A stretch of 64,000 nt of DNA from Amoebidium appalachense (taxonomy: Eukaryota > Protista > Ichthyosporea), in NCBI GenBank assembly GCA_963693365.1, contig CAVNZM010000003.1, positions 9,670,782 through 9,734,781 of the forward strand, given 5' to 3'. Below the pieces are notes generated by a model that was not told the origin of the DNA, ran no database searches, and saw only the letters and a list, made by a program, of their open reading frames with translations. Each line of letters opens with the position of its first letter. The stretch's first letter is position 1. Shown here piece by piece: positions 1 to 12,970 of this stretch. Both the position numbers and the translations under genes were made by a program.

Positions 1-454
1 TTAAACCAACACCCCATTGTCCAACCCGGTAAACATATAGTCGTCCAACCCCCTGCGCCGCCCCCCTCCCCCCCTCCTCTTCTTCCTTCCCCGCGGTAGC
101 ATGATACTTTAACACAAAGGTTTAAGAATCCACGCCCATCATTATGTCGGGGAAGAGGCCGGTGGGGAAGGTTTACCGCAAATTTTTGCCCCCCCGCCCC
201 CCTCCCCTCCCCTGCCCCCAGACTTGGATCTTGCGTGTATAAACATGTGACGTCAGATGTTTCAAACGGTACGCGAGGTACTGTGTATGTAGTTTGTCTG
301 TCAGCGTGTGATTGTATGAGAAAATGTGTGTGTTTGTTTGTTGTGTGCATATCATCATGATATATCATAATTATATAATGTGCACTAGCGTGTGCACGAG
401 TGTATGCACAGTCTGTGTGTGGGCAGTGCATGATGCGAACAATGTGTGTGTGTG

Positions 455-495
<41 letters not shown>

Positions 496-510
496 GTGTC
501 TGTGCATGTG

Positions 511-615
<105 letters not shown>

Positions 616-1381
616 ATGTCACTGTGTGTGTGTGTGCGTGTGTGTGTCTGTTGGTGTTTTCGTTACTTAACGCTCTCAGCCTGGGCTTTGTGGATGTGTG
701 CCATTGGCCTTGGTTTATATAATATTTAAATCTTGTGATGTGCTTAGTGATAGGTGGATAGCTCTAGAGCTCTTTTACCCGCTTCCCTTTTTGCACGTAT
801 GCAATTGTAGTGGATGCAATTAAGCGTATCAGTATAGCCAGCACAAAAGTTCTTTCCAGACAGGCTAGCAGGCATGCATACGTGTGTGCGTGTGTCAGTC
901 TTATCTTCAAAATTTGTAATGAGCAGCGAGCATCAAGCAAGCGTGAATGGATGTGTGCACGACGGACGAGCAAGAAAGGCGGGAGGTGTATCCATGTTTT
1001 TTCCGAGTCGGTGTTCTGTGAACGTGTCTCGGTTATAACACCATTGTGTGACTCACTGACACCCACACTCTGCAATTGTATGGATGCACTTATTTCTTCT
1101 GATAGAAACGTAAGTTCGTGTATGAGAGGCTAGCAACCACAGGTTGCAGCCTTCTTGTGTTTATTGCATTGAAAATGATTGATTCATTCAACTGTTGGTT
1201 CGAATTCAAAGCGCAGCACAGCGCATCTTGTAGACTTCAAGTACATCATATCATACTTTCCATGCACATACATACGTGTGGCTACTCCGTTCATATCTCG
1301 TTCGTTTTGCAATGTGTCTGTATGCACCAGGTGAAGTAAATACGGAAGTTTTTGCGTTGCCGGCACGGTTACTTCATGCAT

Positions 1382-1552
1382 TTACTTGCGGGTGGGCTTG
1401 TTGGGGTTCTTGCCCTTGGGCATCTTCTTTGCTTTTGGCGCCTCGACGGGGGCCTCGGCAGGGGGCGCAACCTTCATGGCGGGGGCGGCAGCGTCGGCCG
1501 GAGCACCACCCTTGGCCGCGGGGGCACCCTTGACACCGTGATCACGACCCAT
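1382..1552 (-). CDS. 56-aa basic Lys/Ala/Pro-rich microprotein, copy A (intronless)
   Basis: ATG at 1552 to TAA at 1382: MGRDHGVKGAPAAKGGAPADAAAPAMKVAPPAEAPVEAPKAKKMPKGKNPNKPTRK. The paralog at 2410-2580 keeps the same frame and length, and a TATA box lies about 83 nt upstream. Confidence 0.75.
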   Translation of the reverse strand: MGRDHGVKGAPAAKGGAPADAAAPAMKVAPPAEAPVEAPKAKKMPKGKNPNKPTRK

Positions 1553-1634
1553 GTTGATGGTTGGAGTGAGGGTAGGAGGCTTGGAAGAGAAAGTGGTTGT
1601 TGAGAACTGATGGTGTTGGCAGTGCGGCAAGTGG

Positions 1635-1719
1635 TTTTTATATCCCGGGCTGTTATGACAAAAAATGCGCTAAAGCAAATTTTAACCAATCGAAAGGGAC
1701 AATGAATCAAAACACCAAT
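1635..1719 (-). promoter_or_regulatory. TATA box plus CCAAT boxes for microprotein copy A
   Basis: TATAAAAA on the minus strand at 1635-1642; CCAAT at 1686-1690 and 1715-1719. Confidence 0.55.
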
Positions 1720-2235
1720 CAGAATGCGGATGTGAGCCTGTGGATACAAATCTATTGGCGCGCGGATTAAACTATTGGTCAATCTCGTTAGTGATCTAAT
1801 CTGTCATAATTGCTGATATCACCATACGTTCCGCAGAGTGGAAAAACAAGAAAAGAAAACTTATTTAAAATACTCTTAAAATGAATTAGTTCAACTTGAA
1901 AATTCCTTTACGATTATAAACCAGAAAATTTAGTTGAAAATTGAAGAGTTTTGCTCTTGGCGCTCTAATGGTCTAACCTATTTGAGCAGGGCAACTTTAT
2001 CTGTTTGTTGTGCTCAAAATAAATGGCGCTACTAATTCTTGAATACTTCGCATAAGAACAATACTCGTGGGTTTATATACATCTATCTACTGCCTTTTTT
2101 GTTCCTAATAATAATTGTTCTACTTGTGGCCTAACCCTGTTTATTATTTTATTCGTTTTCCTGGAACGTATTGACGTTGACTCCATGTAGATTTGTTTGT
2201 GAATCTGCACCTCTCCATAATTGATGCTTGTTTAG

Positions 2236-2326
2236 CCAATCGCAATTCTCGATCTCGATTACCTCAGAATACTTTCTGGGCCTTCAAGTTCAAGTTCAAA
2301 CCATAATGGGGTTAGGGGTATAAAAA
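2236..2326 (+). promoter_or_regulatory. CCAAT plus TATA box for microprotein copy B
   Basis: CCAAT at 2236-2240; TATAAAAA at 2319-2326, 84 nt before the ATG, almost the same spacing as copy A. Confidence 0.55.
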
Positions 2327-2409
2327 GTACACCAGATGCCTTTCCAAAACATCAGTTCTCAACGACCACTTACTCTTCCAAGCCTCCTACCTCCACTACA
2401 ACCATCAAC

Positions 2410-2580
2410 ATGGGTCGTGATCACGGTGTCAAGGGTGCCCCCGTCGCCAAGGGTGATGCTCCGGCCGACGCTGCCGCCCCCGCTATGAAGGCTGCGCCCC
2501 CTACCGAGGCCCCCCTCGAGGCGCAAAAAGCAAAGAAGATGCCCAAGGGCAAAAACCCCAACAAGCCCACCCGCAAGTAG
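2410..2580 (+). CDS. 56-aa basic Lys/Ala/Pro-rich microprotein, copy B (intronless)
   Basis: ATG at 2410 to TAG at 2578-2580: MGRDHGVKGAPVAKGDAPADAAAPAMKAAPPTEAPLEAQKAKKMPKGKNPNKPTRK. It differs from copy A at 6 residues with no indels. Confidence 0.75.
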   Translation: MGRDHGVKGAPVAKGDAPADAAAPAMKAAPPTEAPLEAQKAKKMPKGKNPNKPTRK

Positions 2581-2935
2581 ATGCATGAAGTAACCGTGCC
2601 GGCAACGAAACAACCTCACCGTATGGTCTGACAAGAAACGGCAGCCATTTCATGACTTCAAGGGTCGACAAGTGTGTGCTTGAATGACATGCATGGACGG
2701 TCGGAAAAACTGTGTAGGATGTAAGGATCTGCGGGCAAACATATGCACGAAACATGTTGTACACGAATGAATTCATATATGCAATAAAAACATGAAGGAC
2801 TGCAACCTGTGGTTGCTGGTCTCCTCAGTCACAACGAACTTACGAGTAATCATTATCATACGCCTGGTTGTGACTGAGATAGTGCGAAATGAATTCGATG
2901 GTTCAATCTTTGCACACACAGAAACATACACACAC

Positions 2936-2936
2936 A

Positions 2937-3016
<80 letters not shown>

Positions 3017-3034
3017 CGAACGCACGCACGCACG

Positions 3035-3035
<1 letters not shown>
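2936..3035. repeat. (CACG)n tetranucleotide microsatellite grading into (CA)n
   Basis: Direct reading of the sequence. Confidence 0.9.
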
Positions 3036-3066
<31 letters not shown>

Positions 3067-4625
3067 CACACACACACGCACGCACACACGCGCACACACA
3101 CACGCACAGAGACACACACCCATACAGAAACACACACACACGCACACACACGCGCGTGCGTGCACGCACGGGCATACAGACACATACACACGCAAGGGCA
3201 CGTACACACGAACACAAGCGCACACAGACACAGACATCGCACAACGAACACACGCACGCAAAGGTATGCACATAAGCACGAAGATACACACACACTGTGA
3301 CACACACACACACACACACGCACACACACAGATGCTCGTACATGTACGCACGAACGTGCAGATGCACACCCAAATGCACTCGTATGCACATGTGCACATG
3401 CACACGCGCGCGCACACACCCGCCGCGGCTTGGGCCCAATCGGCACCTCTCCCCTGCCTCATCCTCCCCCCCCCCCCCCTCCCCCCCCCCCTCCCCCCCC
3501 CCCCCCCCCCTTCCCCCCCCTTCCATCCACCACACACGCACATCACGCTAAGGATTTCATTATGTCACTGTACGAATCTGATGTCCACATGTCCAACTAA
3601 CTAGAGTTACAGATTCCATTCGAAATTGAAAACAGACTGACCAACCGGAACGGACTTTAAAAAACATTAAAACTGCCAAGCTACAAGCCAACCTTGTAAA
3701 GACTTAACGATGTCAAGCAAATATTCAGTGTACGATGATGATGTCTCCACCAGTGACACGTTATTGTTAAAAAAATATTTAAATAGCGAGGCCAGCTCGG
3801 GCTCGTCTCTGTGGGCGCCGTACGGACTCGACACATACTCTTCCCCAATGACATTAAGTGAATTTACTGTTTAAAAAATAACGGATTTATTTACGTTGGC
3901 AAACACGGTGCATTAACAGGGTTTAAAAGCGTGACGGTGTATGGGGTTGGGTTTGTTGCTCAACGGAGATGGGTAAAGGGAACGTGGGAGTTGTCGGAGG
4001 GACGGGCAGTGGGCTGGGTCATTGGAATGCTCGTGGCATTTTGTCTGGGAAAAAACCACAGGTTAGTGTCCGCTTTTCGATTTATTGGGTTTTTCGTTTC
4101 CGTCTTTTTGCTTATCTCTTTCTTGCTCTTCTGTTCTTTTTTTCTTTCTCGGCTTTCCCATTCACCCTTTTGGTCTTTGTTGCATGCCGGCTATGCTTTT
4201 TTTCGTTGACCCTCTCAGGGAAACGAAGGGGGAGGCAGGGGGTTGGTGGGTGGGTGGGTGGGGGGTGGGTGGAAAGGGGAGGGGGGAGTGGGGAGGGATG
4301 GAGGTGTTCTTTGGGAAGGGATGATGAGGGGAGGGGGGGGGGGGGGGGGGGGGGGGCTAAACGAGAGGGGGCGAGGGTTGGTAGAGGGTGAAACAAGGCA
4401 ACAATGAGGGCGATGGCGAGTGCTAGCGAGAGAGAGAGAGAGGGAAAGAGAGGATAGGTGTCTGTGCGTGTGCATGTGTGTGTGCGTGTGTGTGTGCCTG
4501 TGTTCTGCGTGTGCGTGAGGGACAGAGAGGGCGAGGTTCAAGAAAGAGGAGCAAGGGGGAAGGGGCCGGGGAGGGGGGGAAGGGTTACCGAGGGATGGGG
4601 GGGCGATGGGGAGGGGGGGGTATAC

Positions 4626-6327
4626 CTACGGGGCCATTTCTGTGTCCTTCTGCACGTGGTAGTGGGCCGCATGCCACTGGCTGGTCCACCTAATCATTGC
4701 ACGGCGACCAATGAAATACGTCGCTGCGGGAATGGCGATGATGGCCAGAACCACAAGAACCAATGAGGCGATGGCAATGTCACGTGTGTTGCCATATGTG
4801 GTTGCGCTGGATGTGTTTTCATTGGCTACGGGTGCAGTGGTCCCGGCTGTAATTGCACGCTGTATTGAAAAGTCCTGGGGTCAGCTGCAATGACTCGAGC
4901 CTTCCCTTTCCCCTCCCCCTTTCCCCTCCCCCCTCCCCCCCCTTCTCCCTCTGCCCCTACAAAAAAATAAAAATAGTTATTATAACACGACATTCTCTTG
5001 AGCTTGAAATTGGTTTCCTCACTGAATTACTGAATGTGACAGGCAGTATATGGACCGAGGGACGAGCAAATGGCAGCAAAGTGGGCTGGGAGGGGGGGGA
5101 GGGGGGGGGGGGGGGGGGGGGGGGGGCTAAAGAGAGAGAGGAAAAACAAGGGGCCGGGAGGAGAGAGAAAGGAGGGCAAGGGAGAGGAGGAGGGGAGAGA
5201 CGGAGAGAGAACGTGTGGTAGATAGGAAGAGGGGGGAAGGGAGGAAGATGTGAGGAGAGGGAGAGGAGAAGAGAGATGAGGAGACAGTGAGAGAAAGAGA
5301 GAGGGGGGAAGGAAGGGAAAGTGAGGGAGGGAGAATGAGAGAGAAAGAACGGGGAGGGAACGGGATGGGTGTGTGGGGGGGGGGGGAGGGGGGGGGGGGG
5401 GGTTGAGAGGGATGGGGAAGGGAGAGGGTGGAGTGTGGAAGAGGGTGAGGGGGAGGGGGGGGGGGGGGGGGGAACAGGGGGGATACATACCGTGCAGGGT
5501 GGAAGGTTTTTGATCTTGAGGTGGACGTGGGGCTCAGGCAGGCAGGAGAGATCCTCGATGTAATCGGCAACGTGCGACTGCAAGGCCCAATCACGGCCAC
5601 ACGTTAATATTAGAACGTTAATAAAGCACAATTTTAGTAAGCCTTCAAGCTTTTTGCTTGATTAACTCAAAAACTTAGCCTGTGTATGATTCTTGTCACT
5701 GAGTCTCCCCTTCAAGTTCTTGGATTTTTTATTGCAAAGGGGACGCCAGGGGGGGGGGGGGAGGGGTCCGTGCTGGATACTGGTCGTGGTGGTGGTTTTT
5801 TTTTTTTAAAGGGGGGGGGGGGGGGGGGGGGGGGGGGGATGGGGATGGTGTGTGTGTAATTGCTGTGTGTGTGCAAGGGGAGATGGAAAGGGGGGGGGGG
5901 AGAGAGAATCTCTTTTGCATACCTGCACGGTGGTACCCCTAGCAAACCCATACATGCCATCGGCTAAGACTTCAAGGAAACGCTTGCCAGCGGGCATATC
6001 GGGAGTCACACGGATAAGGGATGCCTGTGTGTGTGTGTGTGTGTGTGTATGTGTGTGTGAATGTGTGTAGTTTCGGGGGGGAGAAGGGGAACAAGGTAGG
6101 AAGGAAAAGATATTGATTAACATTTCCTAAGTAAAATCAAAAAGGTCCCTTAGTGATTCTTGGCTGGTCTTGTCACATAAACACCGCATAAAAAGCATCA
6201 AACCAACATAGAGTAAACTCACTAAAAACAACCAAAAGCCACCAACGTGTGGCGCGCACGCGCGCGCACACAAACACGCACAGACACAGACACATTAACA
6301 CACACATGCACACAAACACACGCGCCA

Positions 6328-6407
<80 letters not shown>

Positions 6408-6542
6408 TACACCTTAATCACTTCGAGTGACTCTTTGGTTACTGCCCCCGGCACAGCCACCATAGCGCTGGATGGGTTCCTGCCGGTCACCTCCAAAATG
6501 CGGAGCGATTCCCTGGGTGGGCACCAGGCGGGCCTGTATGCG

Positions 6543-6641
<99 letters not shown>

Positions 6642-6916
6642 GTGTCTGTGTGTGCGTGCGTGCGTGTGTGTGTGTGTGCGTGTGTGTGTGTTTAAGTAAG
6701 TTTGTTCTGAACTACTGAACTTCTGTACAATGTTTTCCGCAAGCGAAATGTGTGGGAGTTGCTAATTCTTCATTTGATAAGATGCATGGTTGAGTGCTTT
6801 ACCGTTTTCTTCATTGGCAGTGGTGGGAAGAGATGACTTAGGACGAGGGGGCCCTTTTTGCCGGTGATAGGGGAAGGGGAGGGGTGGGGGGGGGGGGGGG
6901 GGAGGGGGGGAGACTT

Positions 6917-6947
<31 letters not shown>

Positions 6948-8004
6948 GGGAGGGGGGGGGAAGATGGAGCTGGAGAGGGCCAAGAAGGGAAAGGGGGTGG
7001 CGGGGTGATTGGATTGGGAGGGGTGGTGGTTGGTGGGTTGGTGGGTGGGTGGGTGGAGGGGGGGGGGGGTAGGGGGGTAGGGGGGGGGGGGGGGGGGCAT
7101 GAACTTGTTTTCTACGTTGCAATAGTCATCCCAGGTGCTATCACGTGCAAAGCCAACATCCCCCGAGCCTTCAACCACACAGCGCAGGGCCCCGTCGTAA
7201 GAGAAGTAGGGGTCCTTGTCCGTGCATGTGCCGTCCTGCTTGTTGTCCTGCAGCCAATGGAAATACACGGTTAAAATTGTAAACAGGTGTTTTAAGATGC
7301 CCCGTGCATTGCAGGGCCTGATATGAATGTAACACATGAAAGGTTTCGGATAGTAAGGTTCGGGACTCGGAACAAGAAAGAGGCATCCAGACTATACAAT
7401 GGTTACCTAATGTTTTCTCTTCCCTAATATTACGAGTATTCTTGCACATGTGGGCTGGGAAGGGCGCGGCTGGGGGGGGGGGGGGGGGGGGGGGGAAGAA
7501 AGAGAGACAAAGAGAGAAAGAGGGAGGGTATGTGTGGGAGAGGGGGCATGAGAGCAAGAGAGAGAAAGAGAGAACGAGAGGGCGAAGACGGGAGAGGGGG
7601 GGGGTAGAGGAGAGAGAGAGAGTGAGTGAGGCGGGGAAAGAGAGGGGGGAGGGGAAGGGGGGGGAGAAGGGGAGGGGGGAGCTAGTAATATTTAGTACTT
7701 TGCATGCGGAGCACAGCTCTGGTGCGGCACACTGGCCGGCCTTAAAGTGCTCCCTGACTGTGTCCTTAAGGCTGCCCCCCACGACCTGCATCTGGCCGCT
7801 GCGCACATAGTGGCCCACTATGATGTGCATGCCGGCACTGCGACGAAATCCTGTGTGGCACGAACGCTTGCCTGCAGATAGGAAAAAAAAGAATAGATGG
7901 GTTGAGTTTTCTGGCTTGGCGGGGTTTTTATGTGTAGATGGGACGAGTGAAAGTGTGTGTTGTGTGTGTGTGCATGTGTGTGCGCATACATGTGCGTGTG
8001 CATG

Positions 8005-8041
<37 letters not shown>

Positions 8042-8776
8042 GGGGGGGGGGGGGGGGGGGCATAGAAAATAGCATGGTCAGGGGACGGCAGTTATGGAAT
8101 GAAGAGGAAAGGCAAGGAGAGAGAAAGCGAGGGAGAGGTGGGAGGGGAAGAGGCGGGGGGGGGGGGGGGGGGGGGGAGGAAGGGGGTGACGGTTTACCTT
8201 TCAGCTGGTCAAAGTGTGTGTAGGGACTGTCCGCACGAACCCAGACCACCGAGTTGTAGTACGGCAGACCAGTCTTGAAGGTGCGGGCAACAACAAAATC
8301 AAGAGGGATGGGGCTGAGAAGAGGGGGTTGGGGGAGGGGGGAGGGGGGAGGGGGGTAAGCGGGAAGAAGGTCTCTTGAGGTGTGTGCTTGAATAGTGGTG
8401 GTGTTGATGTTGGCGTGTGTGATGTGAATGTGTGTGTCTGTGTATGTGCTGGTTGTCACGGTGATATGGTATTTTTTCGTTCGATTATCACTTTCTTTTC
8501 TTTAAAATTCTTTGAGAAAGGAGGTAGGTGGGTGGGTGGGTGGGTGGGTGGGTGGGTGATAAGGCATGGGATCACTATGAATGCCTTCCATTCCATATAT
8601 TCTGTTAGGCTTTTCCGCTATAATCAATGGACGGAGCATGCATGTATGATGTCTATCTAAGCTTAACTATGATTGCACGGGGCTTGAGTTCGGGATGTGG
8701 CATTTATCCTTCAGGCTTTTTGTTTTTCGGTCTGGCCCTTCGGGAAGGGCGGGGAAGTAAAGGAGGAAGTGGGCGG

Positions 8777-8821
<45 letters not shown>

Positions 8822-8984
8822 AGGGGGGGAATACTCAAACCGGTAACGGGAATTCCAACTCTAAAGTAAGAATTAGTATTTACCGGGGCCCAGGCCGCGG
8901 GCCGGCTGGGCCCGGCCGGGGAACAGAAAAAGATCGGGTAGGGGTGGGAGTTTGGAGGGTGGGGAGGGGGTGGGTGGTGGTGGT

Positions 8985-9017
<33 letters not shown>

Positions 9018-9614
9018 GGGGGGGGGGGGGGGAATGGCTGAAGAGGGATGTGGGGAGGGGGGGGGCAGGGGGAGGAGCTTGAGGGGGAGGGAGGGAGGGA
9101 TCTACCCACCTGTTGATTGTTGATGTTGTGTCCGGGGTAGCCATGTCAGCCTGGCCGACCTTCATCAGCTCAATTGCATTCTCCCCGTTTGTTGCCTTCA
9201 CGACGGTAAAGTGGAGACCAGTCATGGCATTGAACAGAGTCTCAATCTCCGTGGTGTTGATTTCCTTGCCGTGGTAGGCATAGCGAATGGCATCTGGAAT
9301 AAATAATCGGTAGGATCAGGTGGCGATTTTAGCATTTGTTGTCCAATGGCATGGCCAAAATCGTCTTTAGTAGTGCATGTGCGGGATTAATTGTATCAGC
9401 TGATGTTTGTGTCTGTACATGTGTTTGTGTTGAGCGGGGAGAGGGGAGGGGGGGGGGGAAGAGAGGGGCGGCGGCGGCGGCGGCGGCGGGGGGGGGGGAG
9501 GGGGGGGGGGGGGGGGAGCTTCATACCCTCGCGTGTTTTGCCCGTCCTCTGGGAATTAACCACAGAAGAAACGGACGCAACGAGGAGAAGGAGCAGGAGA
9601 CTGAAGTGCGGCAT
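4626..9614 (-). CDS. Single-lobe, type I membrane-anchored transferrin-like / PhnD-like periplasmic-binding-fold protein (about 420 aa, 9 exons)
   Basis: Phase-consistent GT-AG exons: 9527-9614, 9110-9293, 8198-8313, 7699-7871, 7105-7247, 6413-6533, 5923-6024, 5491-5577, 4626-4874 (the last acceptor could alternatively be 4859). Kozak context gccaccATG; signal peptide MPHFSLLLLLLVASVSS. Transferrin motifs YYNSVVWVR..DQLKGKRSCHTGFRRSAG and DPYFSYDGALRCVVEGSGDVGF; C-terminal TM helix IAIASLVLVVLAIIAIPAATYFI followed by GRR. Confidence 0.85.
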
Positions 9615-10585
9615 GGTGGCTGTATGTTGCAACTTCGTTTCGTCGAGAAGTGAAACAAAAACAAAAACAACTTGCCGTATCTAAACTGGTGCGCGCACAG
9701 GTTCTTTTATACCTGTTGGTGTGTTGTGGGGACACTGTGGGGGCAGGTGTACGTGAAACGTGACCAGCTCTGCCGTACCCACGGGTTCGTCATCGAAGAT
9801 ATCTTTAGTTGTGAAAGCGTTGCAGCAATTGGGCATGAAACAGGAGACGATAAATGCGTGACTGCACATGTAGGAGGCTTTTCCCACGGAATGGTACGTG
9901 GTCTTAGGACGCTCTGTCAGCCGCTGGCGCTGCAGACTACGGTACCAGAGTTGAATATCAAAGGCCGGGTCCCATTCGTATGTGCGTGTCTGAATTCTTT
10001 CACGGTCGCGGTTAACGTTGCCCGCCGAAAGGGGGGATATCTGTCAAAAATCTCAACACCTGATGCATAGGACTGTTATTTTCGGCGTGAATTGGCCTAT
10101 AAGAAGTAGCTAACAAGACATGTAAAAGCACAATGGAAACTACTACAATACTGTGGGCATCCACGCCCCACGGATCCCGAAGAATCAAGTTGTTTGCTCG
10201 GATGGTGAGTCAGATCTAAAGTACGCCAATTATATGCAGTATAGATTGCGATTGGACGAAAGAAAACGAATCAAATCATTCCAGCCTTAATAGATCTCCC
10301 AATCCTCTCTTTCGACCATTTTGTTGGATCTAGATAAACCAATAAGAAGGTGCGTCAACCAGCTGTGGAATTCACGTGAAAAAAAAACAAATGGCTCGAC
10401 GAGTCAATGCCTCCGGTCGTGCGCACTGTCTGCAGTTATAGTGCCAGTGTGCCACCTGTGCGCGTACGTGTGGTCTGAGAAAGCAAAGAATCAGCTACAG
10501 AAGCACTTTCCACGGCAGGGATGTGCATAGTGCAGCGGTCATTTGAGGTTTGGCGCAACTGACAGCTGCAGCTATTTTCATCGAG

Positions 10586-10631
<46 letters not shown>

Positions 10632-11157
10632 CCCCCCCTCCCCCCCCCCTCCCCCCCCCCCCCCCCCCCCCCCCCCAGACACACACACACACACACACCG
10701 ACCAAGGTCGCAAGTGTTAGATCTCCCCCCCCCCCCCCCCCCAACCTCTCTCTCTCTCTCCCTCCCTCCCTTGTCTTTCACCCTCCCTAGGCTCCTTCCC
10801 TCCCTCTCTCTAGCTTCCCCCCCCCCCCCCCCCCTCTCTCTCTCTCTCTCCCCCCCCCCCCCCCCCCCCCCCCTCTCTCCCTCTTCTGTGTGTCTCTAGC
10901 TATCTTTCGCTCTCTCGAGATCTCTCTCTCTAGATCTCTCCCTCTCTGCCTGTCTCTCCGGCATTATCAGTACTGTAATGTTTTTGATTCAATCTGTTTT
11001 CTATTGTAATTACGGTGCAGTGTGTAAGAATGACATCCATTTCGTTATATTTCCCCTTTTTCAAGTTGGCCTGAGAAAACCCGTACTTTTCAAACTGATT
11101 ATGGCCCTGTACCGGCTCAGAAGGCAACAGCAACCCCCCCCCCCCCCCTCCCCCTCC

Positions 11158-11191
<34 letters not shown>

Positions 11192-11205
11192 CCGCCTCTC
11201 TCTGA

Positions 11206-11242
<37 letters not shown>

Positions 11243-11513
11243 CCCCCCCCCCCCCCTCTCTCCCTCCCCCTCTCTCTCCCCCCTCCCTCCCTCCCTCCCT
11301 CTCTCAGTCTCTCTCTCTCTCTCTCTCTCTCCCCCTCCCCTCCCCGCCCCTCCCCCCCTCCCCCCCACACACACACCCCATCGGTTCCTACTTACCCCCC
11401 CCCCCCCCCCCCCCCCTCCCCTCCCTTTTTTTCTTTCTGTCTTTTTATTTATTTATTCATTTTCCATTTTTATTATCATATTGGGGAGGGAACGGGAGGG
11501 GGATCCGGGGGAT

Positions 11514-11548
<35 letters not shown>

Positions 11549-12631
11549 TGGGGGGACGGGGCTCAAGACGGTCGTTATGTGCAATTTCGACCGCATGCAC
11601 ACGTGCACATAGGTTTTGAAGTTACCATAAGAGAACGCCAAGAAAACTTTCTTCATTCCGTCATATGTCAAAAAAAAAAAAAAAAAAAAAAAAGGGGGTC
11701 CAACAGAAACCTCAATACAAATTTATAAGTTATTAGTGGGCCCTAATAACTAACGGAAAAATGTCCTCAATGAATTTTCTATTAACAAACAAGATGCATA
11801 TCATAAATATATATATATATGCGGGTACAATTGGCCATTGACCACCCGGGTAGTACGTATCGGGCATGCCTCGAAAATATTGGGTTCGGCAGTTCAAGGG
11901 AGCTAGCTTCCGCGTGCGATGGGCCATAGGCACCACGTGTATCCTGCAGGGTACATGTGGCACATAGGGTTGCGGGAATTTTGGAAAGGTTATTATGATC
12001 AATATCTTGGCCCAAAAAACACGCACGCACGCACGCACGCACACACGCACACGCACTCGCACGCACGCACACGCACGCACGCACGCACGCACATGCACAC
12101 ACAAGTGTCACACACACACACACGCATGCGCGCACCAAATCCACACTTACACGACCCCTTACACAAGGGGCAAAAAAAAAAAAAAAAAAAAAAAAAAAAC
12201 GAAGCCATACAAAAGCCAATGCCATTGAGAGATTAGAGAGAGAATGATTTAAAAAAGAAAGGACAAACCGGATACAAATGGACTCATCAGCAAAAATTTA
12301 TTCATACGCACCTATGGCCACTGAAAATAGATCAAAAAACAGTCAGCACCCATCAGTTACACAGGGGCCCATGTGCTATATATAGTCGAGGGAGCTATTG
12401 ATAGTCAAAGCGGATCGAAACATACATGCCAGAATAGTGATATTTACATGGCCAGGTCAACATTCACGATTATAAACGAAACAAAAATCCTAATCCAACA
12501 ACTACCAAAGAAACACTACGCTCATACTTCACCCATTATTGGTTTTCACCGGATTCAAATCTTAGAAAGGAAAGCCCAGCCCCCCCCCCCCCCCCCCTCC
12601 CCCCCCTCCCCCCCCTTCCCCCCCCCCCCCC

Positions 12632-12668
<37 letters not shown>

Positions 12669-12935
12669 CCCCCACCACCACCACCACCACCACCACCAAA
12701 AAACACACACCCTCTTCAGAAAGGAAAGCCTATATATAAAAAAAGAAGAAGAAAAAAGGGAAGAAAATGAAAGAGACACCAGACAGACAAGGCCTTGTAG
12801 CTCGCACTGCAATGTGATCCAAAACCGGTCGCAGGTCAACGCCACAAGTCTGAAACCCCGACAACCCATCCTAAGCTACAAATAAATTCATTCAAAAAGG
12901 AACACCCTCCCCCCCCCCCCCCCCCCCCCCCCCCC

Positions 12936-12970
<35 letters not shown>

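Larger units (their letters stand above)
1345..2625. repeat. Inverted (head-to-head) gene duplication: about 1345-1645 vs about 2318-2625, with an AT-rich spacer of about 670 bp
   Basis: The 5'UTR (catcagttctcaac..ctcttccaagcctcctacc), CDS and start of the 3'UTR (atgcatgaagtaaccgtgccggcaacg) are reverse complements of each other. Confidence 0.95.

Noticed and set aside
2306-2320. GGGGTTAGGGG telomere-like motif
   Set aside because: Single unit, adjacent to a TATA box.
1276-2776. Antisense ORFs overlapping the microprotein pair (for example 1352-1603 plus and 2359-2634 minus)
   Set aside because: Their start and stop positions differ between the copies and they lack promoter motifs, whereas the 56-aa frame is conserved exactly.
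9615-9700. Iron-responsive element in the 5'UTR of the transferrin-like gene
   Set aside because: No CAGUGN-loop hairpin seen.
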